This document shows, one piece after another, positions 11,901 through 23,900 of a stretch of 64,000 nt of DNA (positions within the stretch are counted from its first letter, which is position 1; every line of letters begins with the position of its first letter). Where the stretch lies: NCBI RefSeq assembly GCF_964204645.1, contig NC_134029.1, forward strand, positions 5,022,001 to 5,086,000, given 5' to 3'. The notes under the pieces are model-generated. The model did not search any database. It was not told where the DNA came from and was given only the letters and a program-made list of their open reading frames with translations. A program made the position numbers and the translations under genes. Source of the stretch: Tubulanus polymorphus (lineage: Eukaryota; Animalia; Nemertea).

Positions 11901-14900
11901 CCGAGTCAAATTTGTCCAGGGCCAACCATTTACATGGTGCCAAATGGGTCCATGCCTGCTTGATACGGACCAAATTTGGCATGACTAAAAATATCAGACC
12001 AAATTCTAGCATGGGTCATGTGAATGCTAAGTGGTTCTGTAAGTCGCTTGCCACAGCATTGTTTTCATAGTATTTCAGTAACAAGTGAGTGATTTACATG
12101 TGGCATGGGCTCTCTAATTAAGCACGGGCCAAATTGGACTCGGCCCTGATCTGGGCCAGTTTTACCCGGGCTAAATCATAAATATAATTGTGGCTTTAAG
12201 TCTTGGGTAGTGATGCCAATCGAGCCATTAAAAAAAAAAGCTCTCCAGGCAAATCTACGACAAATTGGTTGAATTCATTTGAGATTGATCATAGGTTATA
12301 CATGTATTTTCGGCTATAGTTACAGCCTGGTCTGACATTACGACTTCACTTTCAACTGCAATTTGAGTTAGAGTTGAAATGCACGAATTTGAGGAAAAAA
12401 GTACACGCATTTTTCAAAGGACGGTCGTCGATGCGTGAACAATAGACTAGGAATCACGCCCGGAGGGTGTCGAATAACTCCACGTGATTAAAATTATTTC
12501 CCGTGGCAGGCTTAATAAGTGATTTGGTCACGGTCCCGAAGCCATGCACGACCGAGTCCAATTTAGCAATCAAATCAAGTCTCTGTCGTAGTCGCGCGAT
12601 ATATCGGCGCGCTGCCGTTACAAACCATCCCGTCTTGCGATTGGTCATTACGGTTAACCAATCGTAATTAACTACAAATCGAAGTACTCAGTACGTAGAC
12701 GTACTTATATAGGCCGCACGCAGATCAAAAGCCAGTGAGTTTTTAATATCGGGGACTCATCAATATAATTTCTATGTAGTTAACAGACATGTTATTATTG
12801 CGATCGACTTTTTTCTTTCGGCCTAATCAGTTTTCATCGAAGCACAAAGCAGATAAGTCATAAGTCAGCTGGTGCGTGGCAAAAATGTAGTAAAACGTAT
12901 TGATCGTTTCTGCAGTCTTATCAGAGAGCTTATTATTACTGAAAGAATTCTGCAAGATTTTACGGCCCTAAGAACTGACTACAATTCGGCCCTTTCGCAT
13001 GATTCGTAGGGCCCAAGTTTTTTTCATAAAAGATTTCGAAATTTCCCCTTCGAGACAAAACCCAGTTCTGGTCAGGACATCGTTCGTCGGTCAATTGAAC
13101 GCAGCATTGCCTTCGAGCGGCAATTTTCCTCTATCCAACTGTAATCGTTGTACCTCCCTCTTACCAAATCTAACGATTGCTCTTTCCCATGCGCGCCAAT
13201 ACTTTCCATTACGTTGATGGATAGGTCTATACGCGTTATTGCAAAAACCGGCGATTCCACACCCCTTTTCCTGATAGAAAGTAAACTATCAAATAATAAA
13301 CTGGTATTGAAATCCATACAACAGTCGTCAGTATTGGATATGATATCGAATACTGTGGCAAATATTTGACTTTCGCAGCATTTATGTCGTTGATATTTGT
13401 GCACACGTTCTCGATGACAGAAGCACTTCACCGGTGCAGAGAGAGAGAAAGAGAGCGAGAGAGAGAGAGAGAGGGGGGGGAAAGAGAGTGATGTTGAGAG
13501 CGATTTGCTGGTGTTATAAATGCCGACCATAATCAATACGCATAACACATGTACCTACGAGAGGGTCCTGCGCTATGACGACGACGCGACACGATGGCGC
13601 GAATGAGAAACGAGTAGGAATGCAATATTGACGGAATCAGAAAGCAAAATTAATATCACTGTCCGTTTACAAAGTGAAATTTACAAAGTGAAATTTGTAT
13701 GTTCGATTTGTGGATGCACAAAGTCGTGATACACTACTGGTGCGGTTGAGAAGGGGGCTGCGGGGAGAGGAGGGAGGGATCTGGGGCCAGTTGTTCAAAG
13801 GTTGGTTAAAGATAACCGGCGGATAAATACTATAGTAACAATGGACTTTCAATTGTCACTATGTCAACTATCCACCGGTTAAATCTAACCAACTTTTGAG
13901 CACCTGGCTTCGGAGGGGTGACAAATAAGAGGGAGGGAAGAAACCTACATACATTGTGAGAGGGAAGATTTCGCCGACAGGAAGAGATGGGTGGGAAGGA
14001 ATGATAGAGGTGGGAGAGAGGAAGAGAATAAAGGGATGAAGAGAGAGAGAGTCGAAAAGATTATTAGGGTAGGTAGGAGGGGGAGGCATTCAGGAGTAAG
14101 GGGAAAGTAGGATGAAAAAGAACGCGAGGCCGGAGAGGTACGAACAAAGAGGAACAAAGAGAGGGAGCACGAAAGATAAAAGAGAGAGGACAGAAGGGAA
14201 GGAGGCACAGCAGAAAAATATTATAGCTGATTTAGCATAAACAAACATTCATGAAATCTATATGAATATGACAGAGTTAGTTAGCTCGGCTCGGCGGTGC
14301 TGGCTCCCGCGTGTGTTGTCATAGTTGTTTAAATATTTAAGACTGTTTAAACTGTCGAAGCGTCGGGGGACAAAAATATCGCGCCGTATTTACCCGGCGT
14401 AACAGAACCAGCTGCTTAAAATCAACACCCGAGGTGGCGAAAATATACCGCAGTAGTTCGACGGGCAAACAGAAACCTATTAAAATTCAAACTAATATTT
14501 ACTTTCGAAGAAAGGTGGAAGGTATACAGAGTATGCATACATCAGTGAAATTCAGCCGTAGTTCCGGTGCACAATATACAGGCATCTGTGATTGGTCAAC
14601 AAATGCCAAGTAATAAGATGTGCAAATTGATAGGTCACAATCGCAGCGATCACACGAAGACAATTTGGCCTGGGCCAAACTGGCTCGTAACAGGCCCGAG
14701 TCAAATTTGACCTGTGCCTTATTAGTCATCCACTCACTCGTGTGAGACACTTCCAGAACTGGCTGGGGCCCATTTAGCCCTGGTGATTGAGCCTATTGGA
14801 CAATGAGGACTCTACGTTTGACTGTAGCACTCAAGAGGATTCCGCTAGTGGCAAGTGAGGATCCACCTGACATTGCTAGCGTGCATTCAGACTCCCCGAT

Positions 14901-17900
14901 TCATTGTTAGATTCAATGAAAATCAATAATTTCTCGAATTCTATGAACAATGAATAGAAATTATGCTATGATTTGCCTAATTTCTCACGTACGAGGCTGA
15001 AAATCTAGATGACAACTAACTGAGTTGTTGCAATGAAATGCAGTGCATTCAGCAGTATAGCTGGTTGCACAGTGTCCTCTCATTCAGGTATCGCATCGAA
15101 GCATCAACGCATCTAATATTGATGGATGCTGGTTTGCGTCCGCGTAATTCAAGTACAATTCCGATTGATAGATGATTTACATTTTCGAATTGGGTTTTTC
15201 GATTCAGATGGGAATGATTCGAAAGTTTTGTAAAACATTTCACGCGCTTGTTAACATGCTTCGCTCAGCATAACCATCGCGAAAAGAGTGTATGCGCATA
15301 CCATTATACGTAGGCCTATATTTCATATTAGGGCTGTAAGGGCTTAACATTGGTGGACCTCCCACAGAAAATTCAAAACCAGAAGAGGCATTTCTGGTGT
15401 CTAACGGCCCGTTTGGATTTATTTTGTCTTTTAAAAGTTTTCTATGCACAAAAATCATTTCAAGACTTAAGGCACATTCGAATTTTGTGAAGGGGGTAGA
15501 CTAGTCCACCCGGCCTACACCCCTAAATCAACCCTTATAATATATATTTCGTATTTACAGAGCGTAATTAATTTTAAAAGTCAAATATTCTAAGAAAATC
15601 TTCAAATCAAATGAGGGCGGGGCGATCGACTGTCAATTTGACGAAGACGAACGAATGGCCAACTTCTGATCCGATATGAAGGAGAGATTAATTAAAGGCA
15701 AATATGTAAGTTTGGAGAGAAGTGTAGAAATTGTTGACAGTATCAACACATCTCGCGCACCAATATTGACACAAGTTCCTCTGACACAAGCTGCCAGAGT
15801 CAATAGTCGGTGGAATGTTAGTAATCTTCAGTCAGGCATTTCAAATCTTGTTCAAATACAGCCACCACAGCCAGTCTTCAGTAACAAAGTAATAGCAAAT
15901 ATCTACAACATTCATCGCAGCAGCGCAGCAGCGCACAGTGCAGCACAGCAGTCACAGCCAGCCGACTGCGATTCTAATCAAATACCGAGGTCTCTGAACG
16001 ACAACGACGCGATTAATATAACGCCATCTATGAATATATAGCGAAACCAACCTGCGTATATATTGATTTGTAAATACGGTGATTCCTTAGTGATGTGTAG
16101 AATAGAGATATCTCATGAATCAATTCATGGTGAACTAATGTTAGAATTTTTTAAGAGAATGCAATGGGAGAGAGACAGATAGACAGAATGAGATGAGAAT
16201 AAGGGTCTCGAAGAAGCCCAAGAACCAGTAATTAATAAATCTTCAAAATTTCATCGCATCAAATTCTGCTGTGGGACTTTTCAGGTCATACCACATATCA
16301 TACATAGTCAGAGGTTAAATTCGACTACAAAACTCCTGAGTTCATTTTCAATGTTTTGACCAGAGATCAGTGTTACTAACCAGACAGTGGTTAAAATGTA
16401 ACCATATTTCCAAATCTTGAGAATGAGAAGAATTGTCAGAGTTTGTCGATGATTTCTAGCGCGATGCATACAACGAATATAGGTAAAATCATTCTTTTTC
16501 AAATCACTAATTTTTCAGAAACTTATAAACATTAAGTGAACAGAGCGGTTTCAGATTCTTCTATAGACTAGCCTGGTAGTAGGACGTAGCGTATTTTCAG
16601 ACCCCGTCAGTTACGCTTAAAAACACACGAAAACTTCCCGTGTTTCGAAATGAAACTTTCAACAAGAAGAACGAAAAATAATATCGCCGATTCCGTCATA
16701 TCTGATCAAACAAACGTCCGTGTCGCCCCGGCGGCGTCGGGGGGCTCGTCGCCAGATACGCCGCGAAAAACGACCGTATTTGATTTCGTCTTGTTACTTT
16801 AAAGTTTCGCGTGCCGTGAAATTCGGAATAACACGAGGTTATAACATCAGCGGTGAAAACTGAATCGATATCGCCGAGCGCCCGTGAGCTAGTTAACATT
16901 ACAGGGTCATATTAGCTTATTAAACAGCCCAACGTACATCAAATACTAACAGTCGCGTGTGTACCCGCAATAAACGGCGCAATATATTCAATATACCACC
17001 AGGGATAAACATTCCTCGCTCGGCAAAACACGTCGAATATCTCTTCTTTAAACCGAAATTATTGAATTCTACTCTTTTTTTTCGCGCAGATTTAAGGTTT
17101 CTCGAAAGCCGCGCAAGAAAAAAGCGAGAAAATGTTATCTACAACATTCTTAACGATGTCGGTTCTAGGTATGGAAATTAAAAAACGTTCTGAAATTGAC
17201 CCGTTCCATTTCAAAACACAGACCAACAATCTAAAAACCATTTCTCTGCGTGAATAGAAAGTAGGCTTTAGTTGCCTGTCAATCACATCACAGTGACCGG
17301 CTGGACTTGTGATGACAGCCGATTTAAAAATGTATGTGAACGTACAGCATTGATCTTGTCCATTCTCAATTTGTCTGTTAGTCCATGGATTCAAGAGTCC
17401 ACAGTGAGTTCGGCTAATGGCAACTGTAGAGTAGAGCAAGTACAGAGCAACACCGACCTCAATCGAAAGTACGTTCTGGCCCGCTAGAAATTCCCCTAGT
17501 CCTAATCAATTAAAAATTGTTTGATTTTTTTACCAGTTCGTTTTTATTATAGCTGTAGAGAGATGACTAGTGAGTTATTGACAGTAATCATATGACACAT
17601 ACGTGTATATATATATGTATATATATGTAGCTGGATGGCGCATTGCCAATTGATACGCAATTCTATCGAGTAATAATTCAAACGTAAACAGAAAATTGAT
17701 TTAATTGATTCCGTTGAGTAAACATTGATTTGTTCTTGAACTTTCATCTCGAGCCAACAGTTCGCCTACTTACTTATCTATTTCGAGGGCCCAGAACGGA
17801 TTCCTAGGAGCTTTGCACGAGACCGCAACACCGAGTACAGCGTTTCCCCGATAACGTCGATAAGCTTTTTTCCAAGACCAGTTCGGAGTTCGAGTCCCGG

Positions 17901-20900
17901 TATACTAACCTATGAATTGCTGGCTTATGAATCATATGTCAAATTAAAAAAAGAAATATTCCATGTCGACAATAATGACGTAAGTGCCGATCAAGGTGCA
18001 TTGCGAGAGATTAAGGGCTACCGAGGTTAAACCAGACCTTGTTTGACCCCGGTGTAAGGCATCTAAGATAGCATTGTGTAAATAGAAACAGTCTCTCTTG
18101 AAGCGGCTCAAAGTTTAACGACGATTTTCAAGCACCTGATTTCAAAGTAGATCTCCTCGAGAGAGAGAGATGACACACACATTCACATGAGACACATTCA
18201 AATACTGATAACTTACTTATACACAAGTGTCTAGATTAATGAGATAACATTGTTGTGTGAAAAAACATTATGTACTGACTATTCTAAATATTTATCTATT
18301 TCTAAATGTTTACGCATACTCGCAAAATACATGTGTGCTATTTCAACAATAGGGGCCAGTCATGACTTTAAAGTCCAAAAGTGGTCTTAAATCTTAGGAC
18401 TAGTCTTACATTGTCGGACTGGCTAAAGAACTAAGTTGGTCGTCGACTGGTCTTAAATCTAAGCTCAGACTGTGCACCTGGGATAAATCATTTTGAAATG
18501 TTAAGAAAGTTGCAATAATTTGCCTTCATGAACACCTTCAAGTATGATTCAATTGCTATTTCAGTGTTTAGAGCAACAAAGCTGCAACAAAAGATGGCGC
18601 TTTTAAATCTCAAATGTAATCACAGAAAAGGGCGTTTACCAAATTTTTCCAAAACCGAGCATTTATAAGACTTCCTCAGACTCGCAATAATAGTCTGCGG
18701 TAGGGACTGTTTTTGCGAAGTCACTTTCAATGAAAAACTTTGAGCACCAAATGAAACATTACACGCGCTGTGTACATGCCCGAGTATGACGTCAACTAGC
18801 CGTGGACTACCCAGCAGTCAATATCTGAGTAAATATGTCAAAACCATATCAGCTGAACGGCGAAATTGCTTCGTAAATAGTACCTTTGGACGAAGCCGGG
18901 CAAGAAGTAGACACAATTATAAACAGTAGTGATTACTGAAATGGTCAACAGACCAAAGATAACGCTGTAATAGTATAAACAACTATTTACACAACAATTC
19001 GAGAAGCTTTCGGGCACCGCTCGCTGTAGTGGCCGTTTATTGTTGTTTGTTGATCAATCAAATATGGCTCGTGTCAAAGGGTTAGAAATAATGGCTCTTC
19101 TTCGAAATCTTATAATCTGGAGGTACAAGTGCGAACTACCAGATGGCCAGACTATACAGACCAGTGTTACCTAGTCAAAATCAATTCATTTTTCCATATT
19201 GAACTTCGAACCGGATTTTTAAATCCTGAATTCAAATTTTATCAAATGAGCCAACAACAAACAGATATTTTCTCGGTATTCGGTGTAGTTTTCATTGATT
19301 TACTGTGATTTAGTGGCAGTTGTGAGATAGGTGTGGAGTGGAAATTTCATATTTTTTTCCATTTTTCTTTTTTAACTTTTTTCACTGTAAAACCTTTTGA
19401 TTATTAACAATTTGACACAATTTCTAAAATTATTTACAGAAATTTCAACTTTTAGTCGACACCAATCTGACCCTGGTTGATGAAATGTAGAAAAAATTGA
19501 AGGGCACTATTGGAGTTCCCCTCCTCCCATTCCGCTAGTTTTTTTCACTTACTATTTTTTCCTGTGTCACCTCGTCAGCTTCGACGCTGCCCTCAGTGTG
19601 TGCGAAGAACTTTGCTTTCTCGTCGTTGTAAGTCAACGGAATCGTCGCCAGTTTTGCGGCGAAATATCCGAACTTTCGCAGGCAGCATATTCGCAGTAAC
19701 GTCTAGCAGAAATACACAATACTTTTAACTAAATTTCAAACTAATTTTGGACACTTCTATCACGACAATTGCCATGGTGGCGCTGGGGTATATCAACATG
19801 GGAAACGCTCTTATTCTCAACTAAAAACATCACAACACCGTGGATTGATTGTCAGCTTCGTTTCTAGATGAAATCTAAATAGGTAAGGGGTGAGGACACA
19901 GCTTAAGCGCCCTTTTCTCATTAATTTCCCTTAAAAATATTTGGCAAGGCCCCCACACCTTGCCCCAACATCTGATCTACATTACATGCTTAGGACTAAT
20001 AGTTCTTCACAAGAAATCTAAACTATTTCAGCTCTCTAGTTGTGTGGTTTAACTGTAGATGGCAGCAGCTTCTGGTGACCTAATTTGAACTTAATTTGTT
20101 ACTGACCTCCTGTTTTGAGGAGAGAGGCTGCCGCTTGCGTGGGTCGAAGACGATATGCGAATGAATCTCTTGAATCGGTGGTAGATTCTGCAAATCGATG
20201 TCTTCACAAACCGGATGTGTTTGTGTCCATTGCTGTTTCAGATTAGCGGCAGCTTTCTTAAGAATATTTGCCAGTATTTCGGAACCACTGCACAAATCTA
20301 TAACAAATATATTAACAGTGTGTTACTCATCCAAAATATGAAGAAACCAAGTGTTTTAATTACGAGTTTGAATTTTTCTTAAAAAATGAACCCAGAACTA
20401 ATCACTTCTCACGCTACCTGATGAAGGCAACCTGTCTTCAGATGGAAGTACGTTGAGTAACACAGAAAGCCTCGTCCACAATGTCAGTGAACTCTACAAA
20501 ATCGATAAGAAAATTTCTCAAGATATGAGAAACGTCCGCAATTTAAAATCATGCTCTATGCATGAATTTAAATTTGAAGAACTGCGTTTCAATCGTTGAT
20601 ACACCGACCTGAGCAGTCGTTTCCAATATGTGCGGATGACAAATCATCCAATCACAGAACACTTTCACGACGGGCATCAAACCTTCTTGATTGATGATCG
20701 TTACCAATTCCGAAAGCTTTTTCGACTCCAGTAAACGTCTGTAAGTACATAAAAACGATATCATATCAGTTCCAAGGTTCTAGTGTTAAAAAGAACTCTA
20801 ACTCTAAGATCTCTTAGTGCATATCTTCAGCGCAATATCCGAGTTGAAAGTCTGAATACCAGATAATCTTATGGGTTGCCCCTAGCAAGAACAAAGGCTA

Positions 20901-23900
20901 GATACACTAGACTACCAAGTTTGATGTCATATAATTCACTCCTTCCGATCTATCTTCAAATTGCCCCTGAATTACTCTGATGCGAGTGGAGCCTGTAGAG
21001 AGAATCCCACAATTATAACGAAAAAGTCCGAAAATGAAACTTCAAGATAGTAGTTTATTTCAACGTTTCGACTATATCCTAATAGTCATCTTCAGGAATA
21101 ATGACTTATAATTTATTCCTGAAGATGACTATTAGGATATAGTCGAAACGTTGAAATAAACTACTATCTCGAAGTTTCATTTTCGGACTTTTTCGTTATA
21201 ATTGTGGGATTCTCTCTACATCGCGTCAACACGGATATAGTGTTCTATCAATCGTGAGTGGAGCCTACTGTATATTATTACCTATCGATAACGCTTCCAG
21301 TACTGCTTTCACTGCTAGCATCAGCATCGGTATGAAGACTAGAATTCTCTGAAATAACAACGATAAATTACAAGCGATATCCAAAAAATTCGGAATAAGC
21401 CCTCAAAAAATCGATTCATACATATGCGCACCTGTATCCGTAGGAATAGCACTCGTATCCGTGTCAGTCTCAATATTGAACGTAGCAATTTTCTCCGTGA
21501 TTTCCTCGACATATCGCGCTTCAGGATCCATATGAAAACCTGTAAAAAGTCAAAACACGACATGAAAGTCAAGTAAGGTTCTGAAAACTGAAATAAGGTC
21601 GGTCAACAAGGGATCAAGCAAAGACACATAGTTTACACTTCATAAACACTTCATAAACTGATAGGCTCATGGCAGGTGTGGTGGGTTTGTAAGGAACACG
21701 CAAAGAATGAGCGTAAAATCAAATAATCAAATAAATAAAAGGGACAATTCCTTATTCTCAGATCAAATTAACAGAAAGGGATCATTCTTCAGCATCACGA
21801 ATATGGGAAGATGTGGACAATTTTTTCATCATGGATGCATATGTACAGCAGTTAAACCCACTTGACGTTAAATCTGGACTAATTTCATCGATCCCAATAG
21901 ATCTGTATTTAAGCAGGTTCTATTGTATTTTTGAATGACTAAAACTCCACGAGAATCAACTCTACACATACCAGGAGGAACGGCGACCTTCTTCCGGCCT
22001 TGGATGACGTCTTTATAAACATCGAGATCGTCGTTGAAATCGATGCCCTGCGTAAAACTCGTCGACGTTACGCCGAACGGTAGCGACGGCAAAATATCCG
22101 AATTGTTGAAGAATTCTAACGAGAACGCCTGTAAACTGGCGTCGGACGAGCCGCGCTGATAATCGTGTTGCGAGTCACCGCCGATTGTTAGATCACTCTG
22201 AAATATATACCAAGCACTGGATTTGATTTTAACCGTCTGCACCGGTAAAACGGGAGATCCGATGAATCTGCCATTGTTAAATCAGCTTATTAAGAGACCA
22301 TTAAGACAACGAGGGGCCTGTTGCTCAAAAGTTGGTTAAAGCTAAGACAAATTTATCAAAATGATCCCAGTTCCTGGAACGGTACTTGACAAGTATAGGG
22401 TACGCAATTCTGAGTATCATTTGTGGATAAATGTGTTATGTTGGTTTTCATTGCAACAACTATGACCAAAATGTATAACCATTTTTTTCTCAGGTATGTA
22501 CTCAGGGTTACCATGCTCTTGAGGGCGGTATGGCCAAGAACAGTACCCAAAATTGAGTATATGTTTACCCTTGGATAGATGTGTTGAGTACTATACTTGA
22601 AGGAGTACTCGGAATTGAGTATATTTCGATAAATTCGCCCATAATCATTGGATGAATACTGTGTTTAAAATGGATTTTAAGTTGTCACTATGTCAACTAT
22701 CTACGAGTTAACTCTTGGTCAAACCCCTTACAGGTTTTGAGCGTATAGATACTTCCAAACACAAACTTTGCGATACCTACCTGTGCAGATCCGACGCTCT
22801 CCAGGTCGGACTTTTCGGGAGAGTCTTGGTTTTCGCTGAAACCCGGTCGCAGTTCTTGACTCTCCATCAGGTTGTCGCTCTCGTTCGAAGAATCCGTGTT
22901 ATCCAAGAAATTCATGACTTCTTCTTCGTCGGAGTCGCTCAGTACGACCATACCGCCTCCACTTGGTTTACCACCTGAAAACAGCGGGTAAAAACTTGAA
23001 AGATCATGAAGAATCATAATTTTTTGACTTTCAACAAGTCGTAATGGGGAATTGCAACACTATCTATCCCGTTAAATGGCGGAAAGCGAGTTTCACACTG
23101 TCAAATATAACTGTGATATTACATTCATTTTTCCTCGATGATTAGTTAAGTCTTTAGAAAACATAATTTGATTTCAAGTGAAATGAAGAAATTGAACACC
23201 GAAAACTGAGGAACTACTAGCGAAGCTGATGAATCAGTACTTGCTATAAGTGGGATCCTCGATTGCCACAGTAGCGTTGGAGGTTCTCCATCAGTTGATA
23301 GCATCGGTAGCTATCTAGGTTACCTAGTCTAGAGTATTCAGTTAAACCTCAATGACGTAATGACACAGAACTTACCTTCATCTTCCGATTCGTCTGAATC
23401 TAAATCACTTCCTCGATTGTTCCGGCGACGTCTTCGAAACATAAACAACTTTTTTGACTGCAATAAAATAGAAATTACAAACAACTGAAATCATACCGGC
23501 AGCACACTAACACACTAAGGTAGGAGGGGTCCCAAGTTCAGAAATGCCTACCAAGCATTTGTTAGGGGGGGGGATAGTTTTCAACACAAATGAGGAAAGT
23601 TTGGCATGGAAAAAATCGTAGTTTAATCGAAAACCAGAAGTGAATCATTTTAGGTCTATGAATTTAGATCTAGCTTTCAGGAATTTGATGCTTACATAAT
23701 GAATAGATAGCACAGAAATATATCTAGACGCAGTCCAACAGTTCTGAGTTGAGATTTAACTCAAAGTTAACTCGTTGACAAGGAACTAATTTCGAATAAC
23801 TGAGAAGTTAAGTCTTACAACTGTGGAACTGAATCCTGATCAAATCTTACTTTATTCGGCGATTTATCTTTACTATCGTCGGTTTTAGCGTCATCCCGAT

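Noticed and set aside
15676-16041. 121-aa ORF as a gene nested in the giant SMG5 intron
   Set aside because: Low-complexity translation with no domain and no supporting splice structure.
1-19552. Conserved bilaterian microRNAs in the gene-free region or the giant intron
   Set aside because: No mature miRNA sequence that I know was spotted by eye. A miRBase/MirGeneDB search is needed to exclude this properly.
19571-19571. Alternative donor GAG|GTGACA for SMG5 exon 20
   Set aside because: The in-frame donor ATA|GTAAGT at 19553 is a much better consensus match, so it was used in the model.
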